Counted from the stretch's first letter, positions 41,337-51,227 are shown. The stretch is DNA of 64,000 nt from Candidatus Latescibacterota bacterium (GCA_965116875.1 OZ220733.1:1792001-1856000), one strand, 5' to 3'. Notes: generated from the letters alone by a model not told the origin. Made by a program: numbers and translations.

Positions 41337-41684
41337 TCACCTCCTGAAACGGATGGACGTTACGACCTCCCGTCCCAGGGCCTTGTTCAACCTGGCCTGT
41401 ATGCGGTGCCGTTCGATCGACAGCCGGTGGCGCACCGCGTCGTGTGTGATCCGGATGACGAGTTCCCCCTTTCGAATCTCCGCCGGTCGGGCCATCGCGT
41501 CGGGCACACCGGTAAGTTCGTCAATCAGTTCCGGCAAAAGCATCAACGCGCGCTGCTCAAGGAGCTTCGTCCCGATGCCCAGCGCACGTACGGCCGCTGC
41601 CAGGGCCTCTCTCAGTGTAACCGTGCCCGCGCCCGTCCGATCGACCCGGTGCGTGCGGCTTGCGACTTTTTCACTGAAACCCAT
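41337..41684 (-). CDS. DUF721 / DciA-like protein
   Basis: Position between recF and gyrB; GELVIRI...RLNKALGREVVTSIRF. Start uncertain. Confidence 0.7.
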   Translation of the reverse strand: MGFSEKVASRTHRVDRTGAGTVTLREALAAAVRALGIGTKLLEQRALMLLPELIDELTGVPDAMARPAEIRKGELVIRITHDAVRHRLSIERHRIQARLNKALGREVVTSIRFRR

Positions 41685-41689
41685 CTCAT

Positions 41690-41749
41690 GCCGTCCGTTG
41701 ATAAAGTCGCTCTTCCGGCGAGCCCGTATGGGCTTTCTCAACGGATTGT
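41690..41749 (-). mobile_element. MITE family B, 60-bp mini copy retaining both ends
   Basis: Minus strand ACAATCCGTTGAGAAAGCCCATACGGGCT...GAGCGACTTTATCAACGGACGGC matches both ends of 56349-56674. Confidence 0.7.
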
Positions 41750-41777
41750 CACATCCCGGGCAGCCCCGTGCGGCTAA

Positions 41778-41939
41778 GAAGCTGTTTTAAAATTACCGGT
41801 GAGTTCCCGAGCGCGAGCGAAAAAGTGGCGGTCAAGGCGGGAAAATCCGCCCATATTTGTCTATACGGGTGGATTTGACCAACGCCGACCGGCGCTTTTG
41901 CAGCCGCGCGAAGACCGCTGGGAATTTTAAGACAGCTTC
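41778..41939 (+). mobile_element. MITE family A, 162 bp, 17-bp TIRs, TAA target duplication
   Basis: TAA-GAAGCTGTTTTAAAATT...AATTTTAAGACAGCTTC-TAA. Confidence 0.88.
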
Positions 41940-43021
41940 TAAATCCTCACCAATTGAAATCCGCGATCCTCGAAGTTCATTCCGGGTTCCCGCGCGGCGG
42001 TGATGAACACCTGACCGAATGACGTGACAAGCTCCATGGCCGCTTCTGAACGGTGCTGGTCCAACTCCGCGAAGACGTCGTCCATCAACAGCACCGGGAA
42101 ACGACCGGTGTGGGACTTGAGATACGCGGCCTCCGCAAGTTTCCAGGCCAGCAGAATGCTCTTGAGTTGGCCCTTGGATGCGAATTTGTGCGCGCTTCTG
42201 CTGTCCAGCGTGAAAATCAGGTTGTCCCTGTGCGGGCCGACCAGCGTATAGCCCAGGTCCGCTTCATCTGCCCGCTTCCGATTCAGTTCGGCCTCCAGGA
42301 TTTCCTGGCCGCGGTCTCGTTCGTCAGGGCGTACGGGACTCCGGTAAACGGGCCCGATCTGTTCCCTGCCCTGCGAAATCTTCCGATAGGTTTCGTGGAT
42401 TGCGGGCCGCATCGCATCCAGCGCGTCCAATCTTTCGTGAATGATTCGCGCCCCAAGCGCCGCCAGTTGTACGTCCCAGGGCGCGAGATGGCGGACATCC
42501 GGCGCCCGTCCCTGACCCTCTTTCAGCAGCCGGTTCCTCTGGGCCAGTACACGGCGGTATTGATCCAGATCGGACAGGTAGGAGGCCTTGCTCTGGGAGA
42601 CGAGGATGTCCAGGAGACGGCGACGCTGGGGGGGATCCCGCAAGACCAGGTCTACATCTTCCGGGAAGAACAGAACGGCGTTAAAGGTGCCGACGAGGTT
42701 CGAAAGGCGAGGGAGAGGGGCTGTATCCAGAAGCGCTTTTTTTTTGCCGGCGCGACGATCGAACGCGATCCGGATCGACCTCGAGCGGTCTTCGCAGGCG
42801 ACGCCCGCTTCGATGACGAAGTATTCCGCCCCCCACCGAACGACGTCCCTGTCTCGCGAGCCGCGACCGGATCTGGCTATGGCAAGAAAATATATCGCTT
42901 CCAGAAGGTTTGACTTGCCCGCACCGTTTTCGGCGCAAACCGCGGTCTTCCGGCCCGGAAACTCAAAGTCGACGGCATCGAAATTTCGATAGTTGACAAG
43001 CTTGAGCGCCGTAAGGTACAA
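41939..43021 (-). CDS. recF: DNA replication/repair protein RecF
   Basis: NYRN, ENGAGKSN, RRRLLD, GPHRD, SKGQ, LLMDDVFAELD. Confidence 0.95.
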   Translation of the reverse strand: MYLTALKLVNYRNFDAVDFEFPGRKTAVCAENGAGKSNLLEAIYFLAIARSGRGSRDRDVVRWGAEYFVIEAGVACEDRSRSIRIAFDRRAGKKKALLDTAPLPRLSNLVGTFNAVLFFPEDVDLVLRDPPQRRRLLDILVSQSKASYLSDLDQYRRVLAQRNRLLKEGQGRAPDVRHLAPWDVQLAALGARIIHERLDALDAMRPAIHETYRKISQGREQIGPVYRSPVRPDERDRGQEILEAELNRKRADEADLGYTLVGPHRDNLIFTLDSRSAHKFASKGQLKSILLAWKLAEAAYLKSHTGRFPVLLMDDVFAELDQHRSEAAMELVTSFGQVFITAAREPGMNFEDRGFQLVRI

Positions 43022-43100
43022 AACCCTTCGCCATTCAGTCGTTTAACCGTAGCAGGCTCCGAGCGCCGCGGCCGACCGACCGGAGGACCATGCCCACCCA

Positions 43101-44300
43101 TCAGTCGTTTATCCGAAGCGGCATCAGCAGGCAGAGATAGTCTTCGCCTTCCGGCTGCTCGGCCGGACGAATGATCCCCGCGGCCATCGGCCCGTCCAAC
43201 TCGAACATTACCTGCTCGGAGTCGATACGTCTGAGAATATCGAGGAGATAGTTCGAATTATAACCGACCACCATTTCATTACCGCTGTATTCGGCTTCCA
43301 GTTCCTCGCGCGCCTCGCCTCCAATCTCCTGGCTCGAGGCCGAGAGTACGACGCGGTCGGTGTTCATTTCCAGGCGCACCTGGTGGGTCTGCGCGCTGGA
43401 AAGGATCGAGACCCGTCGAACAGCAGGCATGAACTGGCCGTTGGGCACTTTCATTCTGGTGGCATTGTCCTGGGGGATCACCTGCTCGTAGTCGACATAG
43501 GGCCCTTCGACCAGTCGAGAAAACAGACGTATGGCGCCCCCGGCGCCCGTCCCGGAGCCATTGGCCGCCCGCAGATCGAACACGAGGTGATTCTGACCGA
43601 ACAGCACCCGGCCCAGGCTGCATCCGGCGGAATCCAGCTTCACCAGATGGTTCAGCGCCCGTGTGGGAACGATTGCTTCGGTTGAGACCTCCTGCGCGTC
43701 GGACCGGGAGAGGCTCCTGGAGTACCGGACCAGCCTTGCGCCGTCCGTGGCAACCATGGTCATCCGGCCGCCGCCGACCTTCCAGAACACGCCGTTCAGC
43801 ACGGGTCTGGTTTCGTCCCTGGATACGGCAAACGAAGTTTTCTGAATCATGTCCCGCAACAACAGACCCTCGCTCCCGGCCTCAGGCGCTTCTTCTTCGG
43901 TTTCGAAAGCCATCTCGGGGCCCTCGATTTCGGCGGGCAATTCGGGAAAGTCTTCAGCAGGCGCCGCCATGAGCGCATACGATCCTTCCAGCCCTGACTG
44001 GCACTGAAGCGCCACGCGCCCGGACGCTTCCGTGAGAACAACGGGGCCCTCCGGCAATTCCCGTACGATTTCGGCGAATTTGCGCGCCGGGACCGTGGTC
44101 GATCCCGGTGTTTCCACGGTACCCTCCAGCATACAGTTGATGGATATATCCAGATCTGTTGCGGTCAGGCAAACTTCACCGCTCTCGTTGGTTCCGACGA
44201 GTATATTCGACAGCACCGGGAGGGCTGTTTTCGACGGAACGATATCCAGCACCGAGTTGATGCCCCAGATGAGCATTTCCTGCTCGATAACCACCTTCAT
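43101..44300 (-). CDS. dnaN: DNA polymerase III beta sliding clamp
   Basis: LPVLSNI, ATDLDI, RPVLNGV, VATDGARL, SRLVEG, LLMPLR. Confidence 0.96.
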   Translation of the reverse strand: MKVVIEQEMLIWGINSVLDIVPSKTALPVLSNILVGTNESGEVCLTATDLDISINCMLEGTVETPGSTTVPARKFAEIVRELPEGPVVLTEASGRVALQCQSGLEGSYALMAAPAEDFPELPAEIEGPEMAFETEEEAPEAGSEGLLLRDMIQKTSFAVSRDETRPVLNGVFWKVGGGRMTMVATDGARLVRYSRSLSRSDAQEVSTEAIVPTRALNHLVKLDSAGCSLGRVLFGQNHLVFDLRAANGSGTGAGGAIRLFSRLVEGPYVDYEQVIPQDNATRMKVPNGQFMPAVRRVSILSSAQTHQVRLEMNTDRVVLSASSQEIGGEAREELEAEYSGNEMVVGYNSNYLLDILRRIDSEQVMFELDGPMAAGIIRPAEQPEGEDYLCLLMPLRIND

Positions 44301-45211
44301 TTTAAGTCTCCCGGGAACACGTGCTTCAACGACGTTGCTCCACCAGAATCCGGTTGAAATTCAGGGATTGATTTCGCAGGAAAAAGTGCCTTGATCGGCC
44401 GCAGGTTACTAAACCGTAATATACTGATTTTTATCGAATTTGTCAACGATCTTTGTCTATCTCGAGGTCCTCCGGAAAGCCTCTTTCGAAACGCCCGGTA
44501 CGCCATCGCGACGAACCGGGTTTCAGTCTTTTTGACGCACGCTCGAATTGACCCGTGAACCCGCCGTTTTTCCCTGTCAACTGCTGCGAGAGCCCGCGGA
44601 TTCCGGAGTGGATTCAACGGTGCTGCGGCGCTCCGGGTCAACGTCTCGAAGGGCCGACACGGCAACCCGTCTTTCAGGAAAACGCATCATCCCGCATCCG
44701 GTCGTGTTTATTCACAATCAGCGCTGTGAATAACTATCGCCGGTTCCCACGGAATTTTTGTCAGAATTACGATTTCAAATGTATATTTATACGATAGATA
44801 TGAGTGTTACTCACCACTTGACAACCGGAACCGGTCCATGTGGAAAATTCTCTGGAGGAATTGTGGAACAGAAGAGCATCGATGGAATCCACGGGCGAAC
44901 GCGTGAACAACACGCGGCATATCCACATGTTTTCCATAACGATCCAACATCATAGCAAACGCGTTTTCCTGCGAGAGGCCGCCCTGAATCCACCTTCTCC
45001 ACTTTCCTCACATTCATGTAGTTGTTGTATCTTGAAATCCATGGAGTAAGTAATCAAAAACACTATAAATCAAATACAGCATGTCTCTTGTGGATATCGT
45101 CGCGCATTATCAAAGAAAAGACCGATTCATAATACTGAATCGGTCTTTTCATGTGTCAGGGCCTGTGAAAGTACCCGCACCGGTCTGTCCGTACGCCGCT
45201 CATCGAAAGGC
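44301..45211. other. oriC: Putative oriC (dnaA-dnaN spacer)
   Basis: DnaA boxes TTATTCACA 44708, TGTGAATAA 44725, TGTGGAAAA 44839; near-boxes at 44862, 44919, 44930, 45089; AT-rich tracts; gene-strand bias flips nearby. Confidence 0.75.
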
Positions 45212-46639
45212 TCAGGCCGACGCGAACTGTTGAACCCGGTTCTGGATCCGGCTGACAAGAGCCTGGAAATCCGGATCGTCTGCAAGCCTGGCAGCGATGT
45301 TTTTGCACGCGTGAATGACTGTTGTATGATCCCGATTCCCAAACTCAGTGCCGATTGACTTGAGCGGCGCCTGTGTGAGGCTTCTGCAGAGGTACATGCA
45401 TATATGTCGTGCCGTTGCGATTTCCTGCCTGCGGGTGGCGCCGGTCAACATTTCCACCGAAATATTGAAGTATCCGGCGGTACGTCTCTGAATCTCGCGG
45501 ATGCTGATGGTCGGCGAAGTGATGGATTTTACGCGTCCGAGACTCTTTATGGTATCCCTTGCGATTTCGAGCGAGACGGGCGCGCGTTTATATACCGAAA
45601 AAGTTATGAGTTGGGTAAGCGCACCTTCCAGCTCCCGGACGTTTGAATTGATCTGTTCAGCCATGAAACGGGCTACTTCCGCGGGAATCCGGACGCCATG
45701 ATCGCCGGCTTTCTGATTGATGATCGCCATCCGCGTCTCCAGGTCAGGCCGGTCGATATCCGTAACGAGGCCCCACTGGAATCGCGAGATAAGTCTGTCC
45801 TCGAATCCCTTCAGGGTTGACGGGGGACGGTCTGAACTCAGGACGATCTGTTTGTTCAGTTGATATAATGTATTGAATGTGTGGAGGAGTTCGCGTTGGC
45901 ATGCCTCGGTCTTCACGTAGAACTGAATGTCGTCGATCAGCAGGATGTCGGCGTTTCGATAAATCTCGACGTAGGCCGACGTATCCTGTTTCTGAATGGC
46001 TTTCAGATAGTCGGTGAAGAACTTTTCGGCGGATGTATACACGACGCGCCCGGCCGTGCCGTTGCGTACGCAATAATCGGCGATCGCCTGCAGCAGGTGC
46101 GTTTTCCCGAGGCCCACGCCACTGTAGATGACGAGAGGATTGTAGGATGTTGCGCCTGGCGACTCCGCGACGGCTCTCGCCGCCGTAAAGGAGAATTGAT
46201 TGCTCTCGCCGACGATGAAATCTTCGAACCGGTATCGGGGGTTCAGCGGAAATACGGCTTCGGAAACGGGACCGGGAACGACCGGTTCTTTCGAGGGCGC
46301 GGGCTTTCGCTCGGAAACCGAACCGTCAGTTGTCAGGAAGTCCAGTGGCGCCCCTGCCGAAGCGGGCGTATTTTTCTTGACGGAGAACCTGATCTCGGGC
46401 GCCCATGATGTAATCTCTTCTATTGTAGACCGGATGAGATCAAGCCAATGCTCCTCCAGCCAGTCTACGAAAAAGGTCGTTGGCACCTCGATTACGGCAA
46501 GTCTGTCGTCAAGCTGCGTTGAGGATGTCTGGGCGAACCATGTGCCGTAGGCATTCGCCTCGATCTTCCCCTCGATCTTCCGCAAACACTGGTCCCAGAG
46601 GCCGGAATGTTTGTCAACCATGGAGACAAAACCGCCCAT
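45212..46639 (-). CDS. dnaA: Chromosomal replication initiator DnaA
   Basis: YNPL, GVGLGKTHL, LLIDDIQF, RLISRFQWGL, NVRELEGAL, RDHTTVIHA. Confidence 0.97.
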   Translation of the reverse strand: MGGFVSMVDKHSGLWDQCLRKIEGKIEANAYGTWFAQTSSTQLDDRLAVIEVPTTFFVDWLEEHWLDLIRSTIEEITSWAPEIRFSVKKNTPASAGAPLDFLTTDGSVSERKPAPSKEPVVPGPVSEAVFPLNPRYRFEDFIVGESNQFSFTAARAVAESPGATSYNPLVIYSGVGLGKTHLLQAIADYCVRNGTAGRVVYTSAEKFFTDYLKAIQKQDTSAYVEIYRNADILLIDDIQFYVKTEACQRELLHTFNTLYQLNKQIVLSSDRPPSTLKGFEDRLISRFQWGLVTDIDRPDLETRMAIINQKAGDHGVRIPAEVARFMAEQINSNVRELEGALTQLITFSVYKRAPVSLEIARDTIKSLGRVKSITSPTISIREIQRRTAGYFNISVEMLTGATRRQEIATARHICMYLCRSLTQAPLKSIGTEFGNRDHTTVIHACKNIAARLADDPDFQALVSRIQNRVQQFASA

Positions 46640-46932
46640 ACGTTAGCGATGGAACTGAGCCATCGCCAAGCCCGATTTGCTATATATGAGAGAGTTGGCG
46701 GGGAAGTAAGCCGAGCCCTGCCGGAAGCCAGAAGATCATCTATGGAGGGAGGATTGCAGAAGATATTCTGGGGGGATGGAATTCACGGCAGATAAAGAGG
46801 TGAATTCCTCACAAGCGGACAATACAAAGTCCTGCCGGCGGCTGACCGGCCAAATTAAAAGTCAAATGCGAGTATAAATATAGTATACGGGGGAGCCGCC
46901 GAAGGAACAGCCTCGGCGATCAGGATGGGGCC

Positions 46933-46961
46933 AAACTAAAGAATGGAATCGCAAAAGTCAA
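46933..46961 (-). promoter_or_regulatory. Candidate sigma70 promoter for dnaA
   Basis: Minus strand TTGACT-17 bp-TAGTTT. Confidence 0.45.
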
Positions 46962-47099
46962 GACCTTTTTGGCCGATTTTTCAGTTAATTTTATGAGAAA
47001 AATTCAAAGGTGTCGAGATACGTTATAATGTATCAAATATTATATATACACAATATATAGTAGTATTTTTCATAAACTTACCGTTGCCGACGAAATCCC

Positions 47100-47128
47100 T
47101 TGACAAAGATTCGCTCCCCGTCTATATT
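47100..47128 (+). promoter_or_regulatory. sigma70 promoter for the rpmH operon
   Basis: TTGACA-17 bp-TATATT after an AT-rich upstream region. Confidence 0.8.
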
Positions 47129-47196
47129 CATAACTTCCTACAATTCATCTAGATACAACAACGGTCGTTCTTCGCGCAAAGCATGGACAATTCCCA

Positions 47197-47331
47197 ATGA
47201 AGCGGACGTTCCAGCCCAGCAACCGGAAACGTAAGAACAAACACGGTTTTCGCCATCGCATGCGAACCCCAGGCGGTCGTCAGATCTTTTCCAGGCGTCG
47301 CCGAAAAGGCCGCGTTCGGGTCTCTTTTTAG
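47197..47331 (+). CDS. rpmH: 50S ribosomal protein L34
   Basis: Manual translation [44 protein letters not shown]; below the ORF-track length cutoff. Confidence 0.97.
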   Translation: MKRTFQPSNRKRKNKHGFRHRMRTPGGRQIFSRRRRKGRVRVSF

Positions 47332-47335
47332 CCTC

Positions 47336-47680
47336 ATGTCCGGGACATTGGGCCGTCTGCGCAGGGAGGTCCGGCATCTACGGCGAACCGGTTCGGTATT
47401 CAGGGGCCGCTGGCTTCACGTCCGTGCCGGTAAATCCACAGAAGAGCGTATTATCATCTCCGTGCGCAAGCGGTATGGAAAGGCGGTCGCGCGAAATCGC
47501 GCACGGCGGCGAATTCGTGCAATCTGCAGGGAGATGGAGCCGCACCGCAGCACGGGTCATCTGGTCATCATATCAGTCGGCGACGGGTCGGCCGCTGCAG
47601 GGTTCCGGGACTTGCGCAGTGATATCGTCGCTGCGTTCGAAAAACAGGGTCTGCTCCGCGGCCCGGCCATCCCGACGTAG
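47336..47680 (+). CDS. rnpA: Ribonuclease P protein component
   Basis: SVRKRYGKAVARNRARRRIR (RNR motif) and synteny. Confidence 0.9.
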   Translation: MSGTLGRLRREVRHLRRTGSVFRGRWLHVRAGKSTEERIIISVRKRYGKAVARNRARRRIRAICREMEPHRSTGHLVIISVGDGSAAAGFRDLRSDIVAAFEKQGLLRGPAIPT

Positions 47681-47743
47681 CATTCCGTTGATCGAGTCGC
47701 TCTGCAGTCCTGCCAGTGACGTCCTGGCAGGCAGGTAGCCCGG

Positions 47744-47980
47744 ATGGACTCTCTCAACGGACTGGTAGGGGTTGCTTCCTCGTTGAATCGCCCTCCGCTC
47801 AGTCTTCGGTTGTGTATCTCCCCCCTCATCACGCCCACCGCCGGAATTCCGACCCGGAAACAGATCATCGAGAATCGGCCGATGCGTCTGACCCGACGGC
47901 AAAGGGTCGGCACAGGATGGCGCTTTGAATGCGCCACCTTCCGGTCTTCTTCCAGCAGGTCCTCGACAATACAGGTCTGA
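47744..47980 (+). pseudogene. yidD: Decayed yidD (membrane protein insertion efficiency factor)
   Basis: Occupies the rnpA-yidC slot; LRLCISPLITPT resembles the YidD start, but the CRF.PTCS and RCHP motifs are broken. Confidence 0.55.
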
Positions 47981-47983
47981 CGG

Positions 47984-49666
47984 ATGGATAAGCGTACAAT
48001 CTTCGCATTTGTTTTGATCGGCCTGATCATTATTCTCTATCCCCATTATATGGAGTGGATAATGGGACCGGAAGTACCGATTTCGCCACCTGAACCGGTC
48101 CCCGTCGAAAGCCTGCGGACGCCGCCTCCTCCAACGGCCGACCGCCCCGTCCATTCGCCCGAAATTGCGTCTGAAGCGCCGCGGATCCCATTTACCGAAC
48201 AGCCGGACAGGCGAACCGCCCCCGGAGAATTCGCCTCCCGGGACGTCGTTGTGGAGACCGATCTCTTTACCGCCACGTTCAGCACTCGCGGCGGGGTGCT
48301 GAACCGGCTTGTGCTGAAGGCCTACGAACATCCCGACGGCGGTCAGCTCGATCTGATCGCTCCCGGGAGTACCGCTCTGGGTCTTTCACTGGCCGGTGAG
48401 CCGCTGGATGCATACGAGTTTTCCACTGACACACCCGGACTCACGCTGGTCGGCGCGGAACAGGCCGAGCTGATCTTCAGGTGCCAGGCGGGAACCCGCA
48501 CGATCGAGAAACGGATCCGATTCCAGGGCAACCGCTACCGCGCGGACATGGCGGTGGCCGTTTCCGCGCTGCAGCCTCAGGAAAAGCTGGGGGTCGGATG
48601 GTCGGGCAGCCTGGCCGATACCGAGAACAACCCCGAAGAGAACGCGGCCTATACGTCGGTGGTTACGCGTGCGGGCGGCGAGGTGGAAACCTGGAACGTG
48701 GAGGATATGGGACCCGACGGCGACCCCCCGCCCGGCGGCAGGATCTCCTGGATCGGAATCAGGAACAAATACTTTCTGGTCGCCCTGATTCCCCCGGAAG
48801 GCAGCTATGGCCTGAATATGGCCGGCGACATGCGCGATATCGCCGAGTGGTACGACGTCGAAATCCTTTCGAAAGGGGTCGATCCGGGACAGCGCTACGG
48901 CGTCTATTTCGGTCCGATCTCCTACGATCGGCTCCGGCAGCAGAATCAGGATCTGTCCGGCAGTTTCCGGGAACTGGAGATGGAGGAGTTCATGGAGTAC
49001 GGTTTTGCCATCTTCCGTCCCATCATCAAACCCATCACCAATCTGAATCTCAGAGCGTTTCTCGCGCTCCATCCCCTGATTCCGAACTATGGTCTGGTCA
49101 TTATCGTCTTTTCCGTGCTGATCAAAATCGTGGTGTTTCCGCTGACGCACAAGAGTCTCGAGGCTGCCGCCAGGATGCAGCAGCTTCAACCCAGGATCGC
49201 CGCGATGCGCGAGAAATACCCGGACGACCAGCAGAAGGTCAGCCGGGAAATGATGAAGCTCTACAAGGAGGAGGGCGTCAACCCGCTCGGGGGCTGCCTG
49301 CCGATGGTCATCCAGATGCCCATCCTCTTTTCGCTGTTCAACGTGTTCAGGGGAGCAATCGAACTCCGGCAGTCCGAGTTCGTATTCTGGATTACGGACC
49401 TGTCGCAGCCGGACCGGTTATACATCGGCGGTTTTGAAATCCACCTTCTGCCGCTGTTGATGGCCGTTTCCACGTTTGTACAGTCAAAAATGACCATGAA
49501 GGATCCGAAACAGGCGTTCATGGTCTACCTAATGCCCGTTTTCATGACCTGGATTTTCTGGAGCATGTCGTCCGGTCTGGTGCTCTACTGGACCATGTTC
49601 AACGTGCTCACCATTTTACAGCAGCAAGTCATGGAACGCGTGAAGCGTGTGCTGGGCACACGCTGA
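47984..49666 (+). CDS. yidC: Membrane protein insertase YidC
   Basis: NYGLVII, PLTHKS, NPLGGCLP, QMPI, WITDLSQPD, SGLVLYW. Confidence 0.96.
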   Translation: MDKRTIFAFVLIGLIIILYPHYMEWIMGPEVPISPPEPVPVESLRTPPPPTADRPVHSPEIASEAPRIPFTEQPDRRTAPGEFASRDVVVETDLFTATFSTRGGVLNRLVLKAYEHPDGGQLDLIAPGSTALGLSLAGEPLDAYEFSTDTPGLTLVGAEQAELIFRCQAGTRTIEKRIRFQGNRYRADMAVAVSALQPQEKLGVGWSGSLADTENNPEENAAYTSVVTRAGGEVETWNVEDMGPDGDPPPGGRISWIGIRNKYFLVALIPPEGSYGLNMAGDMRDIAEWYDVEILSKGVDPGQRYGVYFGPISYDRLRQQNQDLSGSFRELEMEEFMEYGFAIFRPIIKPITNLNLRAFLALHPLIPNYGLVIIVFSVLIKIVVFPLTHKSLEAAARMQQLQPRIAAMREKYPDDQQKVSREMMKLYKEEGVNPLGGCLPMVIQMPILFSLFNVFRGAIELRQSEFVFWITDLSQPDRLYIGGFEIHLLPLLMAVSTFVQSKMTMKDPKQAFMVYLMPVFMTWIFWSMSSGLVLYWTMFNVLTILQQQVMERVKRVLGTR

Positions 49667-49678
49667 GGGTATGTCCGG

Positions 49679-51028
49679 ATGAGACCGTCGGACCGCGATA
49701 CCATTGTCGCAATCGCCACCGGTCACGGCGAGGCAGCGATAGGCATCGTTCGGCTCTCGGGTCCGGAGGCGGTAGGAATTGCCTCCGGTTTTTTTTGTGG
49801 TTCGCCTGAACTGAACCGGGTCGGGGACCGGCGCCTGACGTACGGGAGATTCGTCGTCGGAGACCGGGATCTTGATGAAGTCCTGGTCTCTGTGATGAGG
49901 GGTTCGCGGTCGTTTACCGGCGAGGATACGGTCGAATTCAACTGCCACGGAGGCCCTCTGCTTCTGCGGCGCGCGATGGAGGCCCTCGTGTCTGCGGGCG
50001 CCCGTCCGGCTGAACCGGGTGAATTCACCCGGCGGGCATTTCTGAATGGCCGAATCGACCTCACGCAGGCGGAAGCCATCGCGGATATGATCACCGCAAG
50101 GGCGGACCGAAGTCTTCAGTCCGCATACTTTCAGTTGCGCGGCGGTTTGAGATCCAGGTTCGAGGATTTGGCGGAAGCCCTTCGGGATTCGCTGACGTTG
50201 CTCGAGGCAGGGCTCGATTTTTACGAAGACGCGGAGGTCGAGCAGGACGCCATAGGCCCATCGCTGAAGCGGGCATCGGAAGAAATCGAGCGCTTGAGCG
50301 CCTCCTACCGCCACGGAAAGGTGATCCGCGACGGCGCGCTTGTTGCGCTGGCGGGACCTCCCAACGCGGGCAAGTCGAGCCTGCTCAACCGGCTGCTGGA
50401 AGAGGACCGGGCGATCGTGTCGCCGGTTTCCGGAACGACGCGAGATACAATTGAAGAGTCCATCACGCTGGATGGCATTCGCGTAACGCTGGTCGACACG
50501 GCCGGTATCGCACAGCCTCGGGACGCCATCGAGCGGGAAGGCGCCCGCCGGTCACGGGAAGCGATCGCCAGGGCGGCGCTTGTGCTGCTGGTCGTGGATG
50601 CGTCCGTCCCCGCAGCCGACGGACTGGAAGAGATGGTCTCGGACGTGGATCCCGCCAATGTGGTTCTCGTAAAGAACAAGAATGACCTGGGTCTCCACGC
50701 CGACTGGCGGGGAGATCGCTCATCTCAGGACCTTGCGGTGTCGGCCCTTACCGGGGAGGGCCTCGGCCGTCTCAGGAAACGCGTCGCCGGGCGGGTCGTG
50801 ACGGCATCCGATCCCGACGCCGTTACGCACGCACGCCACGCCGAGGCGTTGCGGCGCGCGGGGGACGCTCTTGGCCGGGCGACGGGGGCGCTGGATCAGG
50901 GGCTGCCGAGAGAAGTGATCGCGGTCGAACTGAGGGAGGCGGCCGACGCATTGGCCGAGATTGTCGGTGAGATTACGTCGGACGAGATCCTGGACCGGAT
51001 CTTCAGTACGTTTTGTATCGGTAAATAG
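49679..51028 (+). CDS. mnmE: tRNA modification GTPase MnmE
   Basis: DTIVAIAT, GPPNAGKSS, GTTRD, DTAG, NKND, FCIGK. Confidence 0.97.
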   Translation: MRPSDRDTIVAIATGHGEAAIGIVRLSGPEAVGIASGFFCGSPELNRVGDRRLTYGRFVVGDRDLDEVLVSVMRGSRSFTGEDTVEFNCHGGPLLLRRAMEALVSAGARPAEPGEFTRRAFLNGRIDLTQAEAIADMITARADRSLQSAYFQLRGGLRSRFEDLAEALRDSLTLLEAGLDFYEDAEVEQDAIGPSLKRASEEIERLSASYRHGKVIRDGALVALAGPPNAGKSSLLNRLLEEDRAIVSPVSGTTRDTIEESITLDGIRVTLVDTAGIAQPRDAIEREGARRSREAIARAALVLLVVDASVPAADGLEEMVSDVDPANVVLVKNKNDLGLHADWRGDRSSQDLAVSALTGEGLGRLRKRVAGRVVTASDPDAVTHARHAEALRRAGDALGRATGALDQGLPREVIAVELREAADALAEIVGEITSDEILDRIFSTFCIGK

Positions 51029-51076
51029 CGGAAAGGCGGGGAGACGGAAGAAGAAATGCGGGGAGAGGGCAGAGGG

Positions 51077-51204
51077 GAGACGGGAGAAAAAATGCGGGTA
51101 GACGGGAGACGTAAGACGGTAGATGAGATCATTGCCGGGTATGTTATTCCTCGTTGCCTCCGGCACGAGAGAAAACCTCACAGGGCAGGAAATCTCTCCC
51201 CTCT
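51077..51204 (+). repeat. 128-bp direct repeat, copy 1, flanked by GAGACGG/CCGTCTC heptamers
   Basis: Identical by eye to 54336-54463. Confidence 0.9.
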
Positions 51205-51227
51205 CCCGTCTCCCCGCCTTTGCATTT

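Noticed and set aside
45019-45031. TAG-TTG-TTG-TAT as a DnaA-trio array
   Set aside because: Too short and degenerate to call by eye.
44297-45342. Short ORFs within the dnaA-dnaN spacer
   Set aside because: No motifs or clear RBS; they overlap DnaA boxes and AT-rich origin DNA.
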